This document shows, in pieces, positions 8,498 to 16,017 of a stretch of 32,000 bases of DNA. This stretch comes from Corynebacterium amycolatum. GTDB taxonomy: Bacteria > Actinomycetota > Actinomycetes > Mycobacteriales > Mycobacteriaceae. Numbering within the stretch: the first letter of the stretch is position 1; each line of letters starts with the position of its first letter. The notes under the pieces were generated by a model. The model had not been told where the DNA came from, ran no database searches, and saw only the letters and a program-made list of their open reading frames with translations. The position numbers and the translations under genes are program-made. The stretch lies in the NCBI RefSeq assembly GCF_049243625.1, contig NZ_CP046975.1; one strand, written 5' to 3'.

Positions 8498-9688
8498 ATG
8501 ACAACAAGCAATGTGACCCCGGTCGGTATTGATGACATCGCTTTTGCGACGGGTTCGTACTGCATTGACCTCGCCGATATTGCGCCCCGACTCGGAGCGG
8601 AACCGGCAAAATATCACAAGGGCCTGGGGCAGGAACGCTCCAGCGTGGTTGCCTCTGATGAAGATCCGGTGACGATGGCCGCGACTGCGGTGAAGAAGAT
8701 TGTGGATCGCCACGGTATCGACGGCGTGCGCACCATCATGTTCGCCACTGAGACCGGTATCGACCAGTCGAAGGCCGCTGCCGTCTATGTCCACGAGTTG
8801 GTTGGTCTTGACCCGCACGCGCGCTCTGTTGAGCTGAAGCAGGCTTGCTACTCGGGTACCGCGGCGCTGCAGTTTGCGTGCGCTCTGGTGGCCCGCAATC
8901 CGGAGGAAAAGGTCATCGTTGTCGCCTCCGACATTGCCCGCTATGACCTGGACTCCGCTGCGGAGCCAACCCAGGGCGCAGGTGCTGTGGCCATGCTGGT
9001 GACCGCTAATCCGCGCATCCTGGCCATCGATGCGGCTTCGGGCGTCTTCACCCGCGAAGTTATGGACTTCTGGCGTCCGAACCACCGCAGTCAGGCGTTG
9101 GTGGAGGGCAAGCTCTCTATTGGCGCTTACATCGACGCTGTTCAGGGGGCTTACGAGGACTACCGTGCCCGCGGCGGTGTGGACTTCAGCGAGATTGACT
9201 ACTTCAGCTACCACCAGCCGTTCACCAAGATGGCCTACAAGGCGCACCGGCAGCTGTCGGCCAATAACGGTGTGGAGCTCACCGCAGAGGACGAGGCCCG
9301 CCAGTTAGGCCCAACCACTGAGTACAACCGCATCATCGGTAACTCCTACACAGCATCGGCCTACTTCGGCCTGCTCTCGCTGCTGGACACCGAGAAGGAC
9401 CTGACTGGTAAGAAGGTCGCTGTTGTCTCCTATGGTTCCGGCTCAGTTGCTGAGTTCCTCACCGGCAATGTGGTCGAGGGCTACGAGTCCCAGCTGCGCG
9501 CCGCAGATAATGCTCGTGAACTGGAAGAGCGCGTAAAGCTCGATGATCCGACCTACTACCGCCACGCTCAGGTGACGCATGAAGATCCGGGTGAGTACTC
9601 AAACCTGGGAGACGACGCACTGATCGGCACCGGTCCATTCAGTTTCACCGGTGTTGAGGGCTGTAAGCGCATCTACCGCGCTCGTTAG
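8498..9688 (+). CDS. mvaS: HMG-CoA synthase
   Basis: VGIDDIAFATGSYCIDL, and the catalytic Cys context ELKQACYSGTAAL. The track ORF starts at 8441. I prefer ATG 8498 because GAAGG lies 10 nt upstream and the N-terminus matches mvaS. Confidence 0.9.
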   Translation: MTTSNVTPVGIDDIAFATGSYCIDLADIAPRLGAEPAKYHKGLGQERSSVVASDEDPVTMAATAVKKIVDRHGIDGVRTIMFATETGIDQSKAAAVYVHELVGLDPHARSVELKQACYSGTAALQFACALVARNPEEKVIVVASDIARYDLDSAAEPTQGAGAVAMLVTANPRILAIDAASGVFTREVMDFWRPNHRSQALVEGKLSIGAYIDAVQGAYEDYRARGGVDFSEIDYFSYHQPFTKMAYKAHRQLSANNGVELTAEDEARQLGPTTEYNRIIGNSYTASAYFGLLSLLDTEKDLTGKKVAVVSYGSGSVAEFLTGNVVEGYESQLRAADNARELEERVKLDDPTYYRHAQVTHEDPGEYSNLGDDALIGTGPFSFTGVEGCKRIYRAR

Positions 9689-9723
9689 CCCGGGGGCACC
9701 CGCGCTAGGACCTCAACGGAACC

Positions 9724-9787
9724 GAATCCCCTTTTTTCGCGCCTAACAGTAATAAGAACTGTTTTTCGCGGGGGAAGGGGATTTTTC
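9724..9787 (+). terminator. Compound hairpin followed by a T-run: candidate intrinsic terminator of the MVA operon. Its 3' arm covers the RBS of the next gene.
   Basis: The outer stem pairs CCCCTTTTTTCGCG (9728-9741) with CGCGGGGGAAGGGG (9767-9780): 14 pairs, 4 of them G.U in RNA. It can extend by AAT/ATT. The inner stem pairs AACAGT (9745-9750) with ACTGTT (9758-9763). It is followed by TTTTT (9782-9786). Confidence 0.4.
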
Positions 9788-10123
9788 GTGTCCGCAAGTT
9801 TTACTGGAGGCAGTGGCGGAGGCTTGCTGCACTTTTCGGAGGATGCAGTGACAGCGGCTGCCCGAGAGATCGAGCAGCGCGGCCGTGACGGCCATGAGCG
9901 GTGGGGAAGCGCTCCCAATATCTCAGCAGCAGACTGTGGCCAGGGTTTTGCCGCCCAGGGGCATCGTCTGCAGCAGGCGGCAGTGCAGCTGCGTGAGCAC
10001 GGGCAATCGATGTACGCGGGACTTGGCAACCATGCTCCGGCAGTGCGGGAACAGTGGCGTGTCTTTGCAAGCTGTGACAGCGACGGGAGTGCCGACCTCG
10101 GTGGAATTGAGGTAGTGGACTGA
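9788..10123 (+). CDS. Hypothetical small helical protein (111 aa); EspC/DUF2580-like 'type VII secretion target' pattern suspected
   Basis: GTG start with GGAAGGGGA upstream. The sequence (LLHFSEDAVTAAAREIEQRG...GQGFAAQGHRLQQAAVQLREHGQSMYAGLGNHAPAVREQWRVFASCDSDGSADL) resembles EspC-like proteins in length and in the 'L.v....l...A..l / ..Y...D...a..L' layout. This rests on pattern only. Its stop overlaps the next start (TGATG). Confidence 0.55.
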   Translation: MSASFTGGSGGGLLHFSEDAVTAAAREIEQRGRDGHERWGSAPNISAADCGQGFAAQGHRLQQAAVQLREHGQSMYAGLGNHAPAVREQWRVFASCDSDGSADLGGIEVVD

Positions 10124-11367
10124 TGCCATGGGTTGCTCGAATTCTTCCGATATTGGTGCGTGTTATTGGCCGTGGAAGCCGTATTGGAGCCAAGCGCGGG
10201 GTCGGCGGCATCGGCAAGAATCTGCCCAAAGTCTTGGATAAGGCGCGACGCGCTGACGGCTGGAAAGGCAGCGCCCTATCCAAGTTCTCCAACTCCGTGG
10301 GGTTGATAGCCTCCGCGATAACTATTGCTATGGCTTTCGATTGGGGCGGTTTGAAAGGCGATGCCGCCGGCGCCGCCAAGGAACGCTGCGATAAAGCCGC
10401 GCAGGACTGTGCGAATCAGGATGAGCGGTCCGCCGATGGCGCACAGAGTGTCGGCGAGTGCGGCAAGAAAGTCGACGAGGTCCTCGAGGATTGTGAAAAG
10501 CAGGCCGAAGATATGGCTGAGCAAACCGACGGCGTCCTTTCTCAGTGCGAAGCGCTTGTCGACGATCCGGAGGTCGGCGCCGAAGCCGCACAAGTGGCCC
10601 AGCAGGTGTGCAACAGTCTCGTCGACTCCACTGGTCAGCTCTACGATGCGCGCAATGCCTGCATCGAGCAGTGTCTTGAGCAGGCAGCGTGTGACACTGA
10701 GGCCGCAGTGGTCGCCACCCCGCCGCAGCCTCCTACTGTCCCTGCCAGTTCGGGTGCTACCTCGGCGGCCTGTGCAGAGGTGGCTGAGTCTGTGAGTGGC
10801 GAAGGAGCTACTGTAACCGGTGGCAACGGTGCTATCGCTGGTGGAACTGGGGTTGTTGCCAACGTTGATATTGGGATAGAGGCAGGCGTTGCTGCTGGGA
10901 TATCCGTTGGAGGTGCCATTGGCGCTGCCGGGGCTGCCAGTATCGCCGGAATTGCGGAGGCTGTGGGTGTTGCGGGCAGCGTCGCCACCTCGCTGCTCAA
11001 CTTAGACATGTGCACGGAGATGGAAGAGTCAGTGTGCGAACAGGCACCTGAGCCAGCACCAGCTCCTGCGCCGGAGGACTGTAAGCCTGAACCAGAACCC
11101 GAACCCGAACCCGAGCCGGAACCAGAAGATGCGCCTGAGCCACCTCCTCCGGCTGAGAAACTAAAGCACTTGGGAATCGAGCTGCCACAGGAACCGCAGT
11201 CAGAATCACAACAGCCAGAAACACAAGCAGAGCCACAGCCAGAACCAGCCCAGGACGCGGCAGCATCAGTGCAGGAATCTGCTTCAGCTGTGCCCGAGCC
11301 CCCTGAGCAGCCCAACGCACAGGAGCTTGTGGGCGCGGTTAATTCGCCAACGGCAGGTGAGTGGTAA
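10123..11367 (+). CDS. Hypothetical membrane-anchored protein (414 aa): basic N-terminus, one TM helix, acidic Cys-rich helical region, Gly/Ala zipper-like hydrophobic tract, (PE)7 and Pro/Glu/Gln-rich tail
   Basis: The ATG overlaps the upstream stop. The TM helix is SVGLIASAITIAMAF. There are 13 Cys residues in acidic helices (ERCDKAAQDC, GECGKKVDEVLEDC, NACIEQCLEQAAC). The Gly/Ala tract is GAIAGGTGVVANVDIGIEAGVAAGISVGGAIGAAGAASIAGIAEAVGVAG. The repeat is KPEPEPEPEPEPEPED. Confidence 0.65.
   Translation: MPWVARILPILVRVIGRGSRIGAKRGVGGIGKNLPKVLDKARRADGWKGSALSKFSNSVGLIASAITIAMAFDWGGLKGDAAGAAKERCDKAAQDCANQDERSADGAQSVGECGKKVDEVLEDCEKQAEDMAEQTDGVLSQCEALVDDPEVGAEAAQVAQQVCNSLVDSTGQLYDARNACIEQCLEQAACDTEAAVVATPPQPPTVPASSGATSAACAEVAESVSGEGATVTGGNGAIAGGTGVVANVDIGIEAGVAAGISVGGAIGAAGAASIAGIAEAVGVAGSVATSLLNLDMCTEMEESVCEQAPEPAPAPAPEDCKPEPEPEPEPEPEPEDAPEPPPPAEKLKHLGIELPQEPQSESQQPETQAEPQPEPAQDAAASVQESASAVPEPPEQPNAQELVGAVNSPTAGEW
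11086..11127 (+). repeat. In-frame tandem hexanucleotide repeat (CCN GAA)x7 encoding (Pro-Glu)7
   Basis: cct gaa cca gaa ccc gaa ccc gaa ccc gag ccg gaa cca gaa, in the frame of the 10123-11367 CDS. Confidence 0.9.
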
Positions 11368-11648
11368 TGGGGAGTAAGCATGCCGCGAAATATGACCGGA
11401 TTGGGCAGGCCTATTACGACGCTGCTGCAATGACCAGGCAGGAGTTCGAAACGGCGATACAGAGGGCACAGAAAGAATTGCAGGGTTTGGAAGAGCGTCG
11501 TAAAGCACGCGAAATTAAGGAGAGAGAGGTGGCGAAGGGCGTCGAGAAGCAGCAAAAAACCGCCCGATCGAAGGGAACCGTTACGCGGTTGTTCGGGCGG
11601 GCGGGGAAAGGGACGCCGACGGTGAAGTCGATTCGGGGCGTGTCCTGA
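11367..11648 (+). CDS. Hypothetical small basic coiled-coil protein (93 aa)
   Basis: The ATG overlaps the upstream TAA (TAATG). It has a Lys/Arg/Glu-rich helix (QEFETAIQRAQKELQGLEERRKAREIKEREVAKGVEKQQK). It uses several rare codons (AGG, AGA, ATA), so coding status is less certain. Confidence 0.45.
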   Translation: MGSKHAAKYDRIGQAYYDAAAMTRQEFETAIQRAQKELQGLEERRKAREIKEREVAKGVEKQQKTARSKGTVTRLFGRAGKGTPTVKSIRGVS

Positions 11649-11663
11649 AGCGTGGCCTAGTGA

Positions 11664-12542
11664 CTACTTGCCGGGAACCAGCGAGTGCTCCGGGTTTTCC
11701 GGCAGCTCCTTGATGAGCCACTCCATATCGCGGTTAGTTGTGCCCTTGATAGTGGCGGTCGGGTCTGCGAAATCCGAGTACTTCTTGTCGTCACCGACCG
11801 TGGCCAGCAGGAAGCCTGTGAGCGCGGCGCGCGCAACCTCCTGGTACTTCACCTTGGAAGAAGAGAAGCCCGCTAGGCGACGTAGAAGAGTTGTCTCCGA
11901 GAAGCTGCTCTGGTCAGCGTTGTCTACTTCGCGGTAAACGACATCGCCCTTCCACTGAACAGCCAGGCGAGCCGGGTTGCCGCGATCGAGCCACTTATCC
12001 TCGCCAGGGGCCAGGACGAGGCCCGGAGCCGAGACATTAGTTGCAGCCGCGCTGGAGGAAGGCGCGGTAGTCGCGGGGTAGACGCAGCCAACGCCGGAGA
12101 TGATGTCGTGAGCAGCGGCGGCGAGGACGGCTACGCCAGCGCCCATGCCGTGGCCGGCGACACCGAGTTTCTTTGGGTGGACGACGACCTTGCCCTCACC
12201 GAGGCGGACACCAGCGAGAATCTGGAGCGCTGTCTCCAAATCGTTGGCGAGACCACGGTGGTCTGCCACAATGCCATTTTCGGTGTCCGGAGCAGCGACC
12301 GCGATGCCCCACGAAGCTAGGTGACGCAGCGTGGCGTGGTACTCCTCAATCGGTGTGCGCCAATCGTGTGCGAAGGCGATACCGGGGATGCCATTGCCCT
12401 CTGCAGGCGTGTAGACCTTTCCCGGCAGGCCAGTAAAAGCTAGGTCACCGACCATGACGCGGTGCGGTCCACGCTTGGAAAGATTAGATGTCAGAGTCTT
12501 CAAGTTGTCAGCCACAGTGAATAGCTTAACTATAAGGGGCAT
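11664..12542 (-). CDS. Alpha/beta-hydrolase-fold protein (dienelactone-hydrolase/chlorophyllase-like) with an atypical nucleophile elbow, GHGMG
   Basis: 292 aa. GIPGIAFAHDW..., WGIAVAAPD and LGVAGHGMGAGVAVLAAA fit the hydrolase fold. The Ser position is a Gly codon (GGC, 12147-12149 on the minus strand). AAAGG lies upstream of the ATG. Confidence 0.7.
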   Translation of the reverse strand: MPLIVKLFTVADNLKTLTSNLSKRGPHRVMVGDLAFTGLPGKVYTPAEGNGIPGIAFAHDWRTPIEEYHATLRHLASWGIAVAAPDTENGIVADHRGLANDLETALQILAGVRLGEGKVVVHPKKLGVAGHGMGAGVAVLAAAAHDIISGVGCVYPATTAPSSSAAATNVSAPGLVLAPGEDKWLDRGNPARLAVQWKGDVVYREVDNADQSSFSETTLLRRLAGFSSSKVKYQEVARAALTGFLLATVGDDKKYSDFADPTATIKGTTNRDMEWLIKELPENPEHSLVPGK

Positions 12543-12626
12543 ACCTTTGCTGAAAAAGTGCCAGGATGAGCGAGAATGTCTATTTCGTTATGACGATTTT
12601 CCGCTTCGCGGGTTATTCTGTAGGGC

Positions 12627-14501
12627 ATGTGTGGAATCGTTGGATATGTGGGCCATCAGCCCGCCCTGGATATTGCTGTCGATGCGCTACGACGCATGGA
12701 ATACCGTGGCTATGACTCCGCGGGTGTCGCCATTGTCGACAATCAGGGGCATATCACTGTAGAGAAGAAGGCCGGTAAACTCGCCAACCTCGAGGCTGCC
12801 CTTGACGCGGATGGGCGCGACAAAATCACTGGAACCACTGGAATTGGGCACACCCGTTGGGCTACCCACGGTCGCCCAATTGATGAGAATGCCCACCCAC
12901 ACCAGTCCTATGACGGCAAGGTGGCTATCGTCCACAACGGCATTATCGAGAACTTTGCTCCGCTACGTCAGGAGCTGGAGGATGCCGGCATTGAGCTGAA
13001 GTCCGAAACCGACTCCGAGGTCGCTGCGCACATGCTCGCACGTGCCCTGGACGGTTCCGACGGCGGATCTACCGCTGGTGATTTCGAGGCGTCTGCGCTG
13101 TCCGTGCTCAACCGCCTCGAGGGTGCTTTCACGCTGTTGTTTACTCATGCAGACCACCCGGATCGCATCATCGCTGCTCGTCGCTCCACTCCGCTGATTG
13201 TCGGTGTGGGCGAAAACGAAATGTTCCTCGGATCTGACGTTGCGGCTTTCATCGCGCACACCCGCGAGGCCGTGGAGCTGGGGCAGGACAACGTCGTCAT
13301 CATCACCGCAGATGATTACCGCATCCTGGATTTCGCCGGCAACGAGCAGCAGGGTCGACCATTCACCATCGACTGGGATCTCGCTGCAGCCGAAAAGGGT
13401 GGCTATGACTCCTTCATGATGAAGGAAATCCACGAGCAGGCTGCCGCCGTCCGCGATACGTTGGCCGGTCACCTCGTTGATGGCCGCATCGTTCTCGACG
13501 AGTCCCGCCTGAGTGACCAAGATCTGCGTGACATCGAGAAGGTCTTCGTCGTCGCCTGTGGTACCGCATACCACTCCGGTTTGTTGGCCAAGTACGCCAT
13601 TGAGCACTGGGTGCGTATCCCGGTCGAGATTGAGGTCGCGTCCGAGTTCCGATACCGCGATCCGGTGCTGGACCGCCAGACGCTGGTGGTCGCTATTTCG
13701 CAGTCGGGTGAGACTGCGGACACCCTCGAGGCCGTGCGGCACGCAAAGAGCCAGGGCGCCCGCGTGCTGGCTGTCTGTAATACCAACGGTGCACAGATTC
13801 CGCGTGAGTCTGATGCCGTGCTCTACACGCACGCTGGGCCGGAGATTGGTGTTGCTGCAACCAAGTCGTTCCTGGCGCAGGTAGCCGCAAATTACCTGGT
13901 CGGATTGGCTCTTGCCCAGGCACGCGGCACTAAGTACCCGGATGAGGTCACTCGCGAGTTTGAAGAGCTGGAGACCATCCCGGCACTGATTGACAAGGTC
14001 GTTGCTAAGGGCGATGAGTTCATCGACATGGCCAAGGAAATCGGTGCTATTCCGACGATGCTCTTCCTCGGCCGACACGTTGGCTACCCAGTCGCACTTG
14101 AGGGTGCGCTGAAGCTCAAGGAGCTTGCCTACATTCACGCAGAGGGGTTCCCGGCAGGCGAGCTCAAGCATGGTCCAATTGCACTCATCGAGGATGATCT
14201 TCCGGTCGTCGTTGTAGTGCCATCGCCGAAGGGACGCGCCGTGCTGCACTCCAAGATTGTCTCCAACATCCAGGAGATTCGTGCCCGTGGCGCCAAGACC
14301 ATCGTGATTGCCGAAGAAGGGGATCAGTCGGTGGTTCCGTTTGCGAACTACCTGATTGAGATCCCGGAGACGTCCACGCTGCTCCAGCCGCTGTTGTCTA
14401 CGATTCCGATGCAGTTCCTGGCAGCTGAGATCGCTCGCCAGTGCGGTAACGAGGACATCGATAAGCCGCGCAACCTGGCTAAGTCAGTCACCGTCGAGTA
14501 G
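12627..14501 (+). CDS. glmS: Glutamine--fructose-6-phosphate aminotransferase (isomerizing)
   Basis: 624 aa. It starts MCGIVGYVG (N-terminal Cys nucleophile), has two SIS domains (SQSGETADT) and ends ...KPRNLAKSVTVE. Confidence 0.97.
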   Translation: MCGIVGYVGHQPALDIAVDALRRMEYRGYDSAGVAIVDNQGHITVEKKAGKLANLEAALDADGRDKITGTTGIGHTRWATHGRPIDENAHPHQSYDGKVAIVHNGIIENFAPLRQELEDAGIELKSETDSEVAAHMLARALDGSDGGSTAGDFEASALSVLNRLEGAFTLLFTHADHPDRIIAARRSTPLIVGVGENEMFLGSDVAAFIAHTREAVELGQDNVVIITADDYRILDFAGNEQQGRPFTIDWDLAAAEKGGYDSFMMKEIHEQAAAVRDTLAGHLVDGRIVLDESRLSDQDLRDIEKVFVVACGTAYHSGLLAKYAIEHWVRIPVEIEVASEFRYRDPVLDRQTLVVAISQSGETADTLEAVRHAKSQGARVLAVCNTNGAQIPRESDAVLYTHAGPEIGVAATKSFLAQVAANYLVGLALAQARGTKYPDEVTREFEELETIPALIDKVVAKGDEFIDMAKEIGAIPTMLFLGRHVGYPVALEGALKLKELAYIHAEGFPAGELKHGPIALIEDDLPVVVVVPSPKGRAVLHSKIVSNIQEIRARGAKTIVIAEEGDQSVVPFANYLIEIPETSTLLQPLLSTIPMQFLAAEIARQCGNEDIDKPRNLAKSVTVE

Positions 14502-15836
14502 TTCGTCCTGCTTTCGTCGGTATTGCTCAATTTCCGCATCGAGTTCTTCATCCGTGAGGGACCCGATGCGTTTTTCTTCCTCCTCTGTTAGCTCCCAGAC
14601 CTCGTCAGGTACGTCGCAAAATGACAACATCCAATCGAGGTTGCGTTTCTGAATCGTCTTCATCTTTCGTGTCACGCGCTGATGAAAAGTTTGCTTGCCG
14701 ACGTTCTTTAGCGCCCCAACCGGAACGCTAGTCGCGGTGTCTCCATCGCGGGAAGTCCACACTTCCGTTCCATCGGGGTACCTGTCGATGTCCCAGCCCT
14801 CGTGAGTTTTTAGGTTGTGGTGTCGGCGGCAGAGACAGTGCAGATTCTCTGTGTCAGTTGGCCCGCCCTGGTCGGGATTGTCGTGGTTGTACGGCTGAAT
14901 ATGGTCCAGGTCGCACTTGGATGCCGGGACGTCGCAGCCAGGGAAGCGGCAGGTACCGTCGCGACCACGGACGCGAGCCACTTGGCTCTCGGTGGGGCGG
15001 TAACCATCCACCTTGCTGTCGGCGGAGATACGGATGTGAGTTGCGCGAGCAATCCATTCTTCGGTGGCTACCTCGCTCAGCCAGCCGACGCCATCAATCC
15101 ATGCTGGCCCACCGCCGACCTCGCGGTAGACATTGATGACAATCTCGGCATTGGTCGAATTCTGTGCCAGCTGTAGTAGCGCTTCCGCCTGCGTGCACTG
15201 TTCACCACGATTGATTGCGATGTTGCGAATCCCCTGGATCCTGGCCATGAGCTCGGTCGCGCGGTCGTTTTCAAGGATTGCTGTGACCTTTTTGTGCTTG
15301 CCATCGCCCGTGTCGGCGAGTGTGACCGCTTCGCCTTCTGGAACCCGTTGGGTGCCGTCGTTGCGGGCGCAGTCGTTGTACTCAGAAACCAAGTCGCCGA
15401 TTAGGCGAGACAGCGTGTAGACACCAATCATTGCTTGTCGAGGTCGCGTCGGAGTGAGCATTTCCAAAAGATGGGGCTCTACCGTGTCGAACTGGTCTGG
15501 TGACAGCCCGGCAACGCCATTGGCGATGGCGCGGAGATGGGCTAGAGAGAAACAGAAGGTGGATTCGATGAGAGCCCGGACTTTTGGTAGGCGCTCGAAC
15601 ATCAGTGCAATCTCGCACAGCGTAGAGCACTTGCCGCGGCTAAGGCCGGTTCGAATGCTTATGCGGGCGAGATGGTGATTGACATCTACCGCGTCACCGG
15701 GAGCGCAGATATCGATGAGCTGAAGGTCTGCGGCGTTGGTGGCACGGGCCGCGATGCTAATGGGGTCGTCGGATTGCTGGTTGGCCCATGAGGGCTTTTG
15801 ACCTGGTGCTGGAAGTTCTATGGGCGGCGATGACAT
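14484..15836 (-). CDS. DUF222 + HNH endonuclease-domain protein (REP13E12-type, mobile-element-like family)
   Basis: 450 aa. The HNH motif is CRFPGCDVPASKCDLDHIQPYNHDNPDQGGPTDTENLHCLCRRHHNLKTHEGW, preceded by a DUF222-like helical N-terminal region. AGGGGGA lies upstream of the ATG. The last 18 nt overlap the glmS 3' end convergently. Confidence 0.85.
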   Translation of the reverse strand: MSSPPIELPAPGQKPSWANQQSDDPISIAARATNAADLQLIDICAPGDAVDVNHHLARISIRTGLSRGKCSTLCEIALMFERLPKVRALIESTFCFSLAHLRAIANGVAGLSPDQFDTVEPHLLEMLTPTRPRQAMIGVYTLSRLIGDLVSEYNDCARNDGTQRVPEGEAVTLADTGDGKHKKVTAILENDRATELMARIQGIRNIAINRGEQCTQAEALLQLAQNSTNAEIVINVYREVGGGPAWIDGVGWLSEVATEEWIARATHIRISADSKVDGYRPTESQVARVRGRDGTCRFPGCDVPASKCDLDHIQPYNHDNPDQGGPTDTENLHCLCRRHHNLKTHEGWDIDRYPDGTEVWTSRDGDTATSVPVGALKNVGKQTFHQRVTRKMKTIQKRNLDWMLSFCDVPDEVWELTEEEEKRIGSLTDEELDAEIEQYRRKQDELLDGD

Positions 15837-15989
15837 TGGTTATCCCCCTGATTACTACGTGTCCGCCGGAGAATTGAAGATTGAGTTCTGTGGTGGAGAG
15901 AAGCGTGGAGAGGCTCGTTCAACCAGCCCCCGCCAACCTCTGTGCACCGGACCAAGAACTTTTGCTTACAAATTTTCCCTACAACCCAA

Positions 15990-16017
15990 ATCGTACACCT
16001 GTTTGAAAAAGTGTCAA
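15990..16017 (-). promoter_or_regulatory. Candidate sigma-A promoter for the HNH gene: TTGACA, 16 nt, TACGAT (minus strand)
   Basis: The minus strand reads TTGACActttttcaaacaggtgTACGAT. This would give a leader of about 150 nt. Motif match only. Confidence 0.3.

Noticed and set aside
3351-9790. MVA cluster as a recently acquired genomic island
   Set aside because: There is no integrase, tRNA, flanking direct repeat or obvious compositional break. The left junction with glmM is only 16 nt. The evidence supports at most an ancient insertion.
12543-12626. Possible glmS ribozyme/riboswitch upstream of glmS
   Set aside because: Only 84 bp are available, and they are shared with a divergent gene. 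That is far too short for the glmS ribozyme, which as far as I know is a Firmicute feature and not expected in this lineage.
12963-14249. 428-aa antisense ORF inside glmS, and similar long antisense ORFs (1122-2093, 2015-3037, 3910-4833, 5673-6479, 7194-8081, 8456-9247, 10641-11555, 21852-22877, 23774-24865, 28664-29404, 30136-30825)
   Set aside because: These are typical high-GC shadow ORFs opposite well-supported genes. Their translations are Arg/Gly/His-rich with no recognisable motifs.
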